DNA of 64,000 bases from Patescibacteria group bacterium. GTDB taxonomy: Bacteria; Patescibacteriota; Microgenomatia; UBA10105; UBA927. Below the pieces are notes generated by a model, which did not search any database, was not told the DNA's origin, and saw only the letters and a program-made list of their open reading frames with translations. Below, one piece after another: positions 10,137 through 19,779 of this stretch. The stretch lies in NCBI GenBank assembly GCA_038062895.1, contig JBBTWJ010000005.1, forward strand, positions 3,715 to 67,714, written 5' to 3'. Within the stretch, counting starts at the first letter, position 1, and each line of letters begins with the position of its first letter. The position numbers and the translations under genes are program-made.

Positions 10137-10689
10137 TATTACGTAATCGTATTACCTTCTCCACCATCCGAAGAAACTCTGGCCGGGCATTATAATCTGC
10201 CGCATCCTCAAGCCGGATCCAGGCCAAATCGTTTGATTCCTGACTGACCGTCAGCGGTTCCTGTGCGTTGGCTGTAAACAAAAAACGCACATCGTAATGG
10301 GTGTGCTCGGGGCTTGTACCATGGACCGGAATCGTGTGGACATCGATATCAAATATGGTATTCCCCAAAATCGAATACCGGATATCTTCAAGTCCCGACT
10401 CTTCCCGCGCCTCCCTCATAGCCGTTTCCGATACGATCGGGTGATCGTCGCTGTGTCCGCCAAACTGAAGCCACATGCTCATCTTTTTGTGATGCGTGAG
10501 GAGTGTATATGCATAGTCACGGTCAACGACAAACGCGGAACCGGTGACATGCCCGGGCAACACAGAGTGACCAAAACAATCCGGGTGGGTAAGAACAAAG
10601 TCTTTGACTTTTTGTAACGATTCGTTTTCCTGGTTATCGTAAGACACAAACGATGCGAGAAGATCGAGGAGGGATTGTCTCGGATCCAT
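10099..10689 (-). CDS. NUDIX hydrolase
   Basis: Nudix box GGHSDDHPIVSETAMREAREESGL. Start moved to the internal Met MDPRQS at 10689, which leaves a short divergent intergenic region with hflX. Confidence 0.8.
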   Translation of the reverse strand: MDPRQSLLDLLASFVSYDNQENESLQKVKDFVLTHPDCFGHSVLPGHVTGSAFVVDRDYAYTLLTHHKKMSMWLQFGGHSDDHPIVSETAMREAREESGLEDIRYSILGNTIFDIDVHTIPVHGTSPEHTHYDVRFLFTANAQEPLTVSQESNDLAWIRLEDAADYNARPEFLRMVEKVIRLRNSGILSPRNDHAA

Positions 10690-10725
10690 AGAGAGAGTAT
10701 ATCCTAATAGACTATAATCAGTCCT

Positions 10726-11847
10726 ATGCGAGAAACAGCTCATCCTATTTCCATGCTTTTTGTGTGTCTGGCTGACGCCAAGCTTGCCCAGTCGGAGATA
10801 GAAAAAGATATTACCGAACTTTGGAATCTCGCCTCCGCATTGGGGGGAGCAACAGTCGTCGACATCATCCTTCAAAAAGGAGTGCCGCAACGGCCGCTCT
10901 ACATCGGTCCCGGAAAAGCGCAGGAGGTGGCGAGCTACATTAAAAACCATTCAGTCGATGTCATCGTTGTGGGTGGCATGCTCACCCCGAACCAAAAATT
11001 TAATCTGACGAAAATGTACTGGGACACGAATCCCACCATAGAAGTGTGGGACCGGATGGATCTCATCCTCTCAATTTTTTCCCGCCACGCACGCACCACG
11101 GAGGCCAAACTCCAGATCGAAATGGCGCGTATGCGCCATATGGGACCGAGTATATTCGGCATGGGCATGATCCTCTCGCGCCAAGCCGGAGGCATCGGGA
11201 CACGAGGGATAGGAGAAACCAATACCGAACTCATGAAACGGCACTGGAAGCACGAAATGAAACGCGTGACGGATGAGCTTGGTAAGCTGCGGGGTGTCCG
11301 GGAAAGACAAATCGAACACCGGAGAAACGCCGGATTATCGACCGTTTCCCTGGTGGGATACACCAACGCGGGCAAGACGTCTCTCTTTAACGCCCTTACT
11401 CACAAAAAAAACCTCGTAGAAAACGTGTTATTTGCGACCCTTGATAGCGCTGTTGGAGAAATTTATATTCAGGAATTAGGCAAATCCGTTGTCATATCCG
11501 ATACCATCGGATTTATTAAAGATCTTCCGCCGGAACTTATCGAGGCGTTCACATCGACGCTTCTTGAATCCATAAGCGCTGATGTGGTCCTTCATATCAT
11601 CGATGCATCCGATCCTGACATATTTGGAAAAATCGATGTAGTTGAGGATATCCTCCATCAGCTTGAGATTCCCGAGGAAAAAGTTGTGCTGGTGTTTAAT
11701 AAAATTGACGCAGTCCCCAATCTCGATCGCGAAAAAATCATGACACGGACCGTCCCCTACCCCCACGTATTTCTCTCAGCCGCCACCCGGGATGGGATAG
11801 ACGCGCTTCTGGCGCTTCTTCTTCCGAGATTAACGAAGGAGGGTTAG
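10726..11847 (+). CDS. hflX: GTPase HflX
   Basis: HflX N-domain, then G-domain motifs GYTNAGKTSLFNAL, DTIGF and NKID. Confidence 0.9.
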   Translation: MRETAHPISMLFVCLADAKLAQSEIEKDITELWNLASALGGATVVDIILQKGVPQRPLYIGPGKAQEVASYIKNHSVDVIVVGGMLTPNQKFNLTKMYWDTNPTIEVWDRMDLILSIFSRHARTTEAKLQIEMARMRHMGPSIFGMGMILSRQAGGIGTRGIGETNTELMKRHWKHEMKRVTDELGKLRGVRERQIEHRRNAGLSTVSLVGYTNAGKTSLFNALTHKKNLVENVLFATLDSAVGEIYIQELGKSVVISDTIGFIKDLPPELIEAFTSTLLESISADVVLHIIDASDPDIFGKIDVVEDILHQLEIPEEKVVLVFNKIDAVPNLDREKIMTRTVPYPHVFLSAATRDGIDALLALLLPRLTKEG

Positions 11848-11852
11848 AGCTT

Positions 11853-12608
11853 CTAGCGCAGATAGAGCATCAACAAACTTACGGCGCTCAGGATGGTCCA
11901 AAAAATAGCGGGGAGGGCGCCAATCATTGCCATTTTTTTATTAAGACGGAATAGGAGTTGTGAATTTTTGATAAACGATCCATAAAAAAGAATGGGCAAC
12001 AGAAAAAGAAGGTTAAATGATATGTGACCCGGCGGTTCAAATAAACTATAGAGAAGTGTGCCGACCAGTCCCACCGCGTACCATCCCAAAAAGTTCCGGA
12101 TGGGAATACCAAAATACGCACTTCCCTTTTCCCATGTCCAGTGTTTTTTAATATTCACGGCGACGGGGTCCAGAATTAAATCCAGAGACACAAGTATCAG
12201 CGGTGTGCCGAATATCACGGCATAATACGGCAAGCCAAACGCAGTAACGATAAGTATCGCGAGGCAAAAAGAAAGATATTTAAGTATCACCCACGCGAGA
12301 GCAATTTCCAACGGATACACGCCCAAGAATAGTATACGGGAAGAAAAAAACCAGTGGTTAGTATTGTATTTGTATTTGGCCCCGAATATCCCGACCGGCG
12401 TTTTGAGACTCACGAGTTCCGCAATAGTGCTGACGATATACGTTATGAGGAGTAGGTAGAGGATTCCGGGTCCAAATAGGTAGGTTCCATGGATAATAAC
12501 GGCGACTATTGCCAGTAGCGCAAACGAGACGAACGATCCGGAAAACTGGAGGACGAGGATGGGCAAAAGCGAGATGATGACAATAATGATGGCGTTTGCG
12601 TCCAACAT
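11853..12608 (-). CDS. Polytopic membrane protein (hypothetical)
   Basis: 251 aa with 7-8 predicted TM helices. No confident family assignment. Confidence 0.55.
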   Translation of the reverse strand: MLDANAIIIVIISLLPILVLQFSGSFVSFALLAIVAVIIHGTYLFGPGILYLLLITYIVSTIAELVSLKTPVGIFGAKYKYNTNHWFFSSRILFLGVYPLEIALAWVILKYLSFCLAILIVTAFGLPYYAVIFGTPLILVSLDLILDPVAVNIKKHWTWEKGSAYFGIPIRNFLGWYAVGLVGTLLYSLFEPPGHISFNLLFLLPILFYGSFIKNSQLLFRLNKKMAMIGALPAIFWTILSAVSLLMLYLR

Positions 12609-12765
12609 GACAAAACGTATGATACCAGATTCGGGAGTCTTGTCTTATGCCGTGGGGCGTTCACCCTCCGCGTTTTTTGCTCTGAAATTCAAAGAAATTT
12701 GAGGTCAAATATATTTGAGCTCCCTGTTCCAAGTTTTGCTCTGACCAATGCTTTGAAATCAGTTA

Positions 12766-13413
12766 TCAAGGTTTTTCAGTACCCTGTTTGAGCCGAACAA
12801 GCAAGACAGAGATTGAACGAAATTTCGCTTCTAACCACTTCAATGGTTTAATGTTTAATATGTGTTTAAATAATTTAGAAAATATTGAAAATCTATATTC
12901 ATTCAAGTTAGATTTTATATTTTGAATCACTAAAATATCTACCAACAACATTTTCTTCACTGCATTTGCATTCTTTATTACCGTTTTTTTATTCTCTTGA
13001 GCATCACCGTTACCGTTCCTTATGTTGTTAAGTAATTCGTTATCTACTTCCAAGATTCTATTAAGCAGAATTCTAATATTTCTATAAGCATCATCGTTAT
13101 CTATTGGTCTTTGGTATAAAAAGTCTTCAATTGCTCTTGTTTTATAGCTTGCATAAGTAATTTTATTAGATTTGAGATACTCATCTTTTTTCTCAATAAG
13201 CTCATTAGCTAACCATGTATCAAACTCTAAATCACCAAGAAGATTATTAATCATTCTAATTTTTTCATTTAGATTGATGCTATTTCTTAAACGACTCTCG
13301 ATGAATAGAAATACGAGAAAAGTAGCAATGAAACCACCAATAATATTGGCAATAAACTGTCCATTTAACAAATCCCAAATCAGATGAGGAATTTTGGTGA
13401 GATTAAGATACAT
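12766..13413 (-). CDS. Hypothetical protein, AT-rich (likely horizontally acquired)
   Basis: 215-aa ORF in a ~30% GC stretch with Asn/Lys/Ile-rich composition. Its start abuts the 3' end of tRNA-Asn. Confidence 0.45.
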   Translation of the reverse strand: MYLNLTKIPHLIWDLLNGQFIANIIGGFIATFLVFLFIESRLRNSINLNEKIRMINNLLGDLEFDTWLANELIEKKDEYLKSNKITYASYKTRAIEDFLYQRPIDNDDAYRNIRILLNRILEVDNELLNNIRNGNGDAQENKKTVIKNANAVKKMLLVDILVIQNIKSNLNEYRFSIFSKLFKHILNIKPLKWLEAKFRSISVLLVRLKQGTEKP

Positions 13414-13416
13414 TCA

Positions 13417-13489
13417 GCTCCCCCGACAGGACTCGAACCTGTAACCTGCCGATTAACAGTCGGACGCTCTACCGTTGAGCTACAGGGGA
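13417..13489 (-). tRNA. tRNA-Asn (GTT)
   Basis: The reverse complement folds as a cloverleaf: TCCCCTG-TA-GCTCAACGGTAGAGC-...CTGTTAA...-ACAGGTTCGAGTCCTGT-CGGGGGA, with anticodon GTT. Confidence 0.9.
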
Positions 13490-13516
13490 ATGATATTTCT
13501 TCCCCTGTCTACTCTA

Positions 13517-13558
13517 CCAACAGGAAGCCGTCCACCGACTGGCGGACTACAGGGGAAT
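13517..13558. repeat. Direct repeat DR1 (hairpin + copy of tRNA-Asn 5' end)
   Basis: caggaagccgtccaccgactggcggactacaggggaat. It ends with ctacagggga, identical to the 5' end of tRNA-Asn, and overlaps the GIY-YIG stop. Confidence 0.7.
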
Positions 13559-13795
13559 TAGTTTTTTAATGAACTGTCTACCTTGATAACTTTTTAATTG
13601 TTTTTCTCTTATCAGAGCACTCGTTTTGTCTGCACAATCCTCGCGATATATTAATTCCCACATTCCTTTTGCTTTTGCAGTAAAGTGGTTGCCACGTTTT
13701 TGATTGTGTTCAAAGATTCTTCTTTTTAGATTATTTGTTTGACCAATATAAATTTTCCCAGCCTCCTGATTATAAAGTGCATAAATAGTCCACAT
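13547..13795 (-). CDS. GIY-YIG nuclease family protein (small, UPF0213-like)
   Basis: 82 aa: YALYNQEAGKIYIGQTNNLKRRIFEHN, a GIY-YIG motif. Confidence 0.85.
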   Translation of the reverse strand: MWTIYALYNQEAGKIYIGQTNNLKRRIFEHNQKRGNHFTAKAKGMWELIYREDCADKTSALIREKQLKSYQGRQFIKKLIPL

Positions 13796-13803
13796 AGCCT
13801 TAT

Positions 13804-13846
13804 TCTACAGGAAGCCGTCCGCCGACTGGCGGACTACAGGGGAATG
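13804..13846. repeat. Direct repeat DR2
   Basis: tacaggaagccgtccgccgactggcggactacaggggaat, a near-identical copy of DR1 sitting 8 bp upstream of the GIY-YIG start. Confidence 0.7.
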
Positions 13847-13985
13847 TAAAGGAACTATTTATTATACCATGGCTTTTGGAGAATACCACCAATCCATCCC
13901 ATAAATTCACCCATATCACGGGGGTGTGTAATGGTCTACCCACGGAGCAAATTATCCTAATAATTTCTTCTGATATAATCATTTC

Positions 13986-14828
13986 ATGAGAAAAACTCAT
14001 ACAACACCCTATCCAGAATTAGATGTAGTTCTTGAAAGCCATGCAGAAAAAATACAACAAGCGCTTGGCGATAATATTATTGGATTTTACTCGCAGGGCT
14101 CCTTGGCTATTGGAGATTTTGATTTAACTTCAGATGTAGATTTTGTTGTCATTACGAAAGAGGATCTAAAGGAAGATCAGGTTCATGCTGTGCAAAAAGT
14201 GCACACGCAAACATGTTCGCAAGATAGTAGATGGGTGAAGCATCTGGAATATTCATTTTTCCCACTGCAATTATTCAGAACGCATTCGTCTCCCTATACA
14301 GACGGAAGCGCTGATACATCTGAAGAAAGGAAGCTTTGGTACTTTGATAATGGAAGTCCAGTTATTGAAAAATCAGATCATGATAATACCCTCGTGACCC
14401 GATGGACAGTAAGAAAGAAAGGTAAAGCGGTAATGGGACCAGACCCAAAGATATTATTGAGTCCTATTCATCCAGATGATTTGCGAAGAGAGATAAGAGG
14501 AACGCTCATTGGATGGGGATCCGAAGTGGTTAAAAATCCGGATCCATTTAAAAATAGATTTTATCAAGCTTATTTTGTGCTAAATTACTGTCGCGTATTG
14601 CAGGATTTAGAAGAGGGTAGAATCACCTCTAAGCTTGAAGGAGTTAATTGGGCAAAGCAACATGTAGACCCTACATGGATACCGCTTATTGATTATTGCT
14701 GGAAGGAAAGACAAGACCCAGACATTTCTATTGGGCAACCGGCGGATTCGGAAATTTATGATCAAGTTATAGATTTTGTTCAATATGCTATTGATAAAGG
14801 AATGAACTTTCAAATAGGTATAAAATAG
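13986..14828 (+). CDS. Nucleotidyltransferase-domain protein (ANT/AadA-like, with DUF4111-like C-terminal domain)
   Basis: Pol-beta-type NTase motif GSLAIGDFDLTSDVDFVV with an alpha-helical C-terminal domain. Lies in the low-GC region. Confidence 0.65.
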   Translation: MRKTHTTPYPELDVVLESHAEKIQQALGDNIIGFYSQGSLAIGDFDLTSDVDFVVITKEDLKEDQVHAVQKVHTQTCSQDSRWVKHLEYSFFPLQLFRTHSSPYTDGSADTSEERKLWYFDNGSPVIEKSDHDNTLVTRWTVRKKGKAVMGPDPKILLSPIHPDDLRREIRGTLIGWGSEVVKNPDPFKNRFYQAYFVLNYCRVLQDLEEGRITSKLEGVNWAKQHVDPTWIPLIDYCWKERQDPDISIGQPADSEIYDQVIDFVQYAIDKGMNFQIGIK

Positions 14829-14890
14829 GTCCGAACACCGTCGATGGTGCGGAGCCAGTTGGCACTTCATACGCCAAATGATAAATTAGA

Positions 14891-15133
14891 TTGGAGGTGA
14901 AAATTATGGAAGAGACAAAAAAATGCCCAACATGTGATATTCAAATGGAAATGGGGAGAATGTTAAACAATGCTATGGTGTGGACAGGAAGCACGTCATT
15001 TAAGGATAGTAAAGAATTCTATGATACATGTGTAAAGGGGTGTGAGGCACACCCAGCATACGGTGTAGCGGCTTATAGGTGTCCTACGTGTAATATCATT
15101 GAACTTTATACTGTTGAGAATGAAAAAGCATAA
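14891..15133 (+). CDS. Small zinc-ribbon protein (hypothetical)
   Basis: 80 aa with two CPTC motifs (CPTCD...CPTCN). Confidence 0.5.
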   Translation: MEVKIMEETKKCPTCDIQMEMGRMLNNAMVWTGSTSFKDSKEFYDTCVKGCEAHPAYGVAAYRCPTCNIIELYTVENEKA

Positions 15134-15298
15134 ATAGAGCAGTAGTAGGTCCAAACACCGTCCATTGCGCCGAACAAATGCCTTTTGTTTCAAGATTTTT
15201 CCAACGACTCTATACCCAGAGAGGATTCGGGTTCATTAATGCAGTCTATAATTCCTGCTTCTTTTGCATTACTTTTTTTCTAATGAGATAATCAATAC

Positions 15299-16030
15299 AT
15301 GCTAAAGAGCATCATTCGGATTGCAATACTTGCAGCCATCGGCGGAACTATCATTGTTTTGCTTGTAGTGGGGTTTGTACGCACCGATGGATTTACAAAT
15401 TTTAGCAAAATTAAGGACGGTTTATCTTTTAATGAAGCATTTGTTCCAGGGGAAGTCCTTATAACGTTGCACCCGTATATCGATGTGACGGCGCTTGATG
15501 AATATCTCTTCAAATATCCTGAACTTAACAGAGATAGAAAACGAGGCAAAACTCTTTATCTTCCTTCTTTCGGAACATTGAGTTTGAAGGGATATAAACA
15601 GCTGACGCAAAAAGTTATTACGTTAAAGGATGAAGCAAAAAACGATTCTGATCTCCTCGTTGCTCAAGAGAAGCTCCGGAGTATATATGAACTCTTAAAA
15701 AGTAATCCTTTTTTAACCAATTCAAATATCTGGGATACGTTTTATAAAAATACGAAGCCGGAAGAAAGTAATTTTTCGGTTATTCACTATTTTTTCAAGC
15801 CAGGAATATCCCAGGCTGACCGTGATAATTTCTTTCGCTCATATCCCGAACTTGAAATCGTTGATGACAGGCAAGAATCACAAACGTTTACCGTCTTTGT
15901 TCCGAAAGGAAAAGAACAGTATTGGGTGCAACAGTTTTCCAAACAGCCGTTTGTGAAGGTAGCTTGGTTAAACAATATAATAAAATTAAATAAAGCTGGT
16001 AGCGAGATTCATCAGATGCTTGAAGAATAA
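15299..16030 (+). CDS. Hypothetical membrane-anchored protein
   Basis: 243 aa with a single N-terminal TM (IAILAAIGGTIIVLLVVGFV). Low GC. Confidence 0.5.
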   Translation: MLKSIIRIAILAAIGGTIIVLLVVGFVRTDGFTNFSKIKDGLSFNEAFVPGEVLITLHPYIDVTALDEYLFKYPELNRDRKRGKTLYLPSFGTLSLKGYKQLTQKVITLKDEAKNDSDLLVAQEKLRSIYELLKSNPFLTNSNIWDTFYKNTKPEESNFSVIHYFFKPGISQADRDNFFRSYPELEIVDDRQESQTFTVFVPKGKEQYWVQQFSKQPFVKVAWLNNIIKLNKAGSEIHQMLEE

Positions 16031-16246
16031 AAGGATTCGAAATCCATTCCATTTTTTCAAATAGTAATTTAGACCGTGCTGACATGAAAAATTTCCATTA
16101 AAGAGCTAACCTATATAGTAACTGATATCACTTTAAAACTAATTTTTACAAAGCCATTTTTCTGTCCGTGTGCAATCCCATTGAGGGAGCATAAACATTC
16201 TATCTACAAATTTCTTCAATCTTACTGTATCGAATATAATGACGTC

Positions 16247-16756
16247 ATGAAACAATTCCGGTTCAGTCCCATAAAAAACAAGGCACAATTCTTTGGGGCT
16301 ATAGCGTATATCCATTTCGCCTGCCATAAGCTCTGTAAGCAGACTATGGGGAACTATCTGCCCGTCGCCGGAAATATCGGTGTGTTTTGCCACTTCGATG
16401 ATGAATATACGTATCTCAAAAAGCTCCAATCGGAGCTCGCGGATTTATCTCAAAGTGTATACGGCAAATACTTCAAACTTCACAAGCCCTTCGTTGTCCC
16501 CGAGAAAGGTGATGTTCCGGAGACTACATACAGCTACCTCTATATCCGCAAACCTAACCCAAACAAAGATCAGGTGGGTGATGTAGATTTTTATCTGGAA
16601 CCTGAAAAATACGCAGTGCTCAAACAGGCGCTGTTAAACGGAAAAGTCATCAAAGGGGCACGGATTCTCCCCAACCGCCCCGAGCTGGATTTCATCGAAA
16701 TATACGATCCGGAAGTCGACGCGTGGGGCTATATCGGTAAAAAAATTTGGCAGTAA
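16247..16756 (+). CDS. Hypothetical protein
   Basis: ORF 16181..16756 on the same strand as its neighbours. Start placed at the internal Met MKQFRF. It overlaps an antisense 96-aa ORF that is considered spurious. Confidence 0.45.
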   Translation: MKQFRFSPIKNKAQFFGAIAYIHFACHKLCKQTMGNYLPVAGNIGVFCHFDDEYTYLKKLQSELADLSQSVYGKYFKLHKPFVVPEKGDVPETTYSYLYIRKPNPNKDQVGDVDFYLEPEKYAVLKQALLNGKVIKGARILPNRPELDFIEIYDPEVDAWGYIGKKIWQ

Positions 16757-16780
16757 ATATTCAAAATATTCTCATAGATA

Positions 16781-17380
16781 TTGATGAAGGAAAAATCTAA
16801 CATTATTGCCCTCTTTGGTGCAAGCGGCAGGACCGGTCAGGCGATACATGCTCAGGCACTCACCCGAGGCATAATCGTCAGGCCGTTTAACAAAAAAAAT
16901 CCCTCCCCGCAAGATTTACGCAAGGCCATCAAAGGATCATACAGCGTCATCATTGTATTCGGACCCAGAGCGCCGTATACAGATGTTTTTTGCGCAGAAA
17001 CAACGGAGAAAATTGTCACCGCGATGAAAAAAACAGGCGTTCGTCGCCTCATCTGCCAAACAGGTGCGATGATCGGAGATTATCCCAAAAACCGGTCATT
17101 TTTCTTCGAACTATTCAGTGGGAAATTCCGAAGCAGTAATCCCATCGGGTACAATGATCGGGTACAACAGGAAAAAATCGTCGCATCTTCATCGCTGGAT
17201 TGGACGATCGTCAAGCCACCGCGGCTCACTGACACGACGGATAACACGACGGTTCAGGCAGGAGTCCATGTCAAGGTCGGACTTCTCTCATCCGTTTCCC
17301 GAAAAAGCTTGGCGCGATTTCTCCTTGACGAACTATTAACACCCCATCACATCCGCCAGGCAGTATTTGTGAAAAATTGA
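16781..17380 (+). CDS. NAD(P)H-binding / NmrA-like (atypical SDR) protein
   Basis: N-terminal LFGASGRTGQ (GxxGxxG Rossmann). Confidence 0.8.
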   Translation: MMKEKSNIIALFGASGRTGQAIHAQALTRGIIVRPFNKKNPSPQDLRKAIKGSYSVIIVFGPRAPYTDVFCAETTEKIVTAMKKTGVRRLICQTGAMIGDYPKNRSFFFELFSGKFRSSNPIGYNDRVQQEKIVASSSLDWTIVKPPRLTDTTDNTTVQAGVHVKVGLLSSVSRKSLARFLLDELLTPHHIRQAVFVKN

Positions 17381-17401
17381 GCAGGAGAATATTATACGAC
17401 T

Positions 17402-17764
17402 ATGAATGGATCATTCCTAAAAGATACCTTTGGCTGGGGATTTCTCCTGTGGCTCGTGGGGTACATCCTCGGGATCCTTCTTTTTATGCTCGTGCCGCCT
17501 TCCATGATCGGATGGATCATCATGCCAGTGGGGACAATCATCACGGTATGGATTCTCCGAAAAAAGATCGAGGGGTCAACGTTTTACTATTATCTCCTGG
17601 TCGGGGGTGTATGGACGATGATAGCGATACTGTGCGACTATCTATTCCTCGTAAAGGTATTTAAACCCACCGACGGTTACTACAAGCTGGATGTCTATCT
17701 CTACTATCTGCTCACCTTTCTGCTTCCCCCGTTTATCGGTTGGAAAAAATTAAAATCAAAGTAA
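17402..17764 (+). CDS. Small membrane protein (hypothetical)
   Basis: 120 aa with 3-4 hydrophobic helices. Confidence 0.5.
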   Translation: MNGSFLKDTFGWGFLLWLVGYILGILLFMLVPPSMIGWIIMPVGTIITVWILRKKIEGSTFYYYLLVGGVWTMIAILCDYLFLVKVFKPTDGYYKLDVYLYYLLTFLLPPFIGWKKLKSK

Positions 17765-17832
17765 ACCAAGGGTTAAAAACGGCATAACATTCACAACAAT
17801 GAAATGGAGGCCCCTGTGGTACTATCTAATTT

Positions 17833-18678
17833 ATGAATTGGTTCTTTCTCACGATTATCAGCGCCGTGGCCTACGCAGCTGCCGAAATCATCGGCAAATA
17901 CATATCCGATAAAAAGTCAGAACCTGTCTTCATAGGCATCATTGCGGCCGGATTTACAGCAGCCGTCTCACTGTTGTTTGCCGTATGGGAATCCCCTGCC
18001 ATCCCCACCAACATCTGGGCCATTACCGGTCTTGTGTCCTCCGGTGCCCTCGTCGCCGTGGGCGTCATGACGTATTACGAGGGACTCAAACATTCCGACG
18101 TATCAGAGTTTAGCCTTTTCAGCCGAAGCCGGATGCTCATCATCGTCATCGGCGGACTGGTGTTTTTCCAAGAACGCTTCACGTTTCTTCAGGCGGCCGG
18201 CGGGCTCCTTGTTCTCTGTGGTGTATTTTTTCTTTCCTGGGAAGGAAAAGGTATCCATTTTGGAAAAGGGGCAAAATTTGCATTGGCAACCGCCGTATTA
18301 TTCGGACTCGGTGCCCTCATTGATAAAGCGGTCATCCCTTACTTTACCGCCATGATGTATACGTTTCTGATCTATCTTTTCACGGTGCTATTCATGATTC
18401 CGCTTGTTCTTGTGCGACTGAAAAAAGGCGCGCCACTACCAAAGCGTTCTACGGTTGGAATTCTAAGCATCGTGGGAATACTGTATGGCGCATCCGCCTA
18501 CTGCATCTATGCGGCGTACCTTCAGAGCGGACCAGCGTCGCTTGTCACGCTCGTCAGTCAATTGGAAATACCTATCGCCGTCCTCTGGGGAATCTTTGTC
18601 ATGAAAGAACAAAAAAAGATATTTCCAAAGCTCATGAGCATGGCCCTCCTCATCCTGGGCATTGTGTTATTGAAGTGA
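17833..18678 (+). CDS. EamA/DMT-family transporter
   Basis: 281 aa, 10 TM, with duplicated EamA-like halves. Confidence 0.8.
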   Translation: MNWFFLTIISAVAYAAAEIIGKYISDKKSEPVFIGIIAAGFTAAVSLLFAVWESPAIPTNIWAITGLVSSGALVAVGVMTYYEGLKHSDVSEFSLFSRSRMLIIVIGGLVFFQERFTFLQAAGGLLVLCGVFFLSWEGKGIHFGKGAKFALATAVLFGLGALIDKAVIPYFTAMMYTFLIYLFTVLFMIPLVLVRLKKGAPLPKRSTVGILSIVGILYGASAYCIYAAYLQSGPASLVTLVSQLEIPIAVLWGIFVMKEQKKIFPKLMSMALLILGIVLLK

Positions 18679-19713
18679 TGATTCATCCTTCAATATATAG
18701 TATGTAGCTTTCCCTTTGCCTTTCCTTTTAATATATCCGAGGGAAAGCAGTCTCTTGAAATCTTTAGTTCTCGTCGCTTTGGCTCGGGTGACGAGCGCGG
18801 CATATCTTTTATCCGTGATAAAACCTTGTTCTTTCATGTGCTTTAGAAGTTTCCGGTCATGCTCTTGTAATTCTGTCCGTGGATCAATCCCTGCTTCCGC
18901 TAACAGCTTTTGAACACGGAGAAGTTCATCAATAATTCCCTCGGTAAAGTATTCTAGCCACACGGTGAAATCAATCTTGTTTTTTAACTCATAATAGTCT
19001 CCATACTCTCCCACAGTTTGGAAATATCGAGAGACGTTCTGATTATAATAATTTTCAAAACTAAATAGATTAAAGGTGTTCAGGCCCATTTGCGCTAACA
19101 ATATTTTTGTTGCTAACCGTGTTGTCCGTCCATTACCATCCATAAATGGATGAATGATGACCATCTGTTTATGAAAAATTCCAGCTATAATTAACGGATC
19201 TATATGACCTTTATTTTGATGGATATATTGGACCAACTCTAACATCAACGGTTTCACATCTTGAACATCGGGAGGTAAAAATGCCACTTGATGCGTTTTG
19301 GGGTTGTTGACGACTACTGGTTTCTGCCGAAGGCTACCGGATTCAAACGCCGGCAGTAATCCGCTTGTGACTTGTTTTTGTATATGCAAAATGTACTCAA
19401 AAGACAGCAATGAAAATTGTTTACCCTGCTGCTTCTGTAATGTAATCAATGCTTGATTATAGTTTAAAACTTCCCGTTCGCTATCCCTGATGTGTTCTGG
19501 CTTGGACTTAAGAATCTTTTTCACTTCCGTCAAAGGCAACGGATTGCCCTCGATACTGGTTGAGGCATGCGTCGATAAACTTCGTGCCGACTTTTCAAGA
19601 GCTATCAATACCACAGAGGAGAATCGGCGATTATTGAGCTCTCCAATCAGCGTATTAATCCGTTTAATGTTTGCAAGCAGCTGATTGGTGATAGTGTAAC
19701 GGGGTTGAAACAT
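18667..19713 (-). CDS. fic: Fic family protein (AMPylation/Fido domain) with C-terminal wHTH
   Basis: Fic motif HPFMDGNGRTTR. Confidence 0.9.
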   Translation of the reverse strand: MFQPRYTITNQLLANIKRINTLIGELNNRRFSSVVLIALEKSARSLSTHASTSIEGNPLPLTEVKKILKSKPEHIRDSEREVLNYNQALITLQKQQGKQFSLLSFEYILHIQKQVTSGLLPAFESGSLRQKPVVVNNPKTHQVAFLPPDVQDVKPLMLELVQYIHQNKGHIDPLIIAGIFHKQMVIIHPFMDGNGRTTRLATKILLAQMGLNTFNLFSFENYYNQNVSRYFQTVGEYGDYYELKNKIDFTVWLEYFTEGIIDELLRVQKLLAEAGIDPRTELQEHDRKLLKHMKEQGFITDKRYAALVTRAKATRTKDFKRLLSLGYIKRKGKGKATYYILKDESSLQ

Positions 19714-19715
19714 AG

Positions 19716-19748
19716 TAGTCGAATTATAGTCGAATTATAGTCGATTGG
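19716..19748. repeat. 11-bp tandem repeat (agtcgaattat x ~2.7) in the divergent Fic/SDR promoter region
   Basis: tagtcgaattatagtcgaattatagtcgattgg. Confidence 0.7.
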
Positions 19749-19779
19749 CAAGAGTATATAAACTTGATATGATCAAGGT

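Noticed and set aside
12609-12765. Possible rho-independent terminator or sRNA in the AT-rich gap after the membrane-protein gene
   Set aside because: The stem candidates (gcgttcaccctccgcg followed by a T-run) do not form a clean hairpin. There is insufficient evidence for a structured RNA.
16139-16429. 96-aa ORF on the minus strand overlapping 16181..16756 (+)
   Set aside because: It is antisense to a longer ORF that is co-oriented with all its neighbours (15299-17380) and has no recognisable features. Treated as a shadow ORF, though neither ORF has strong homology support.
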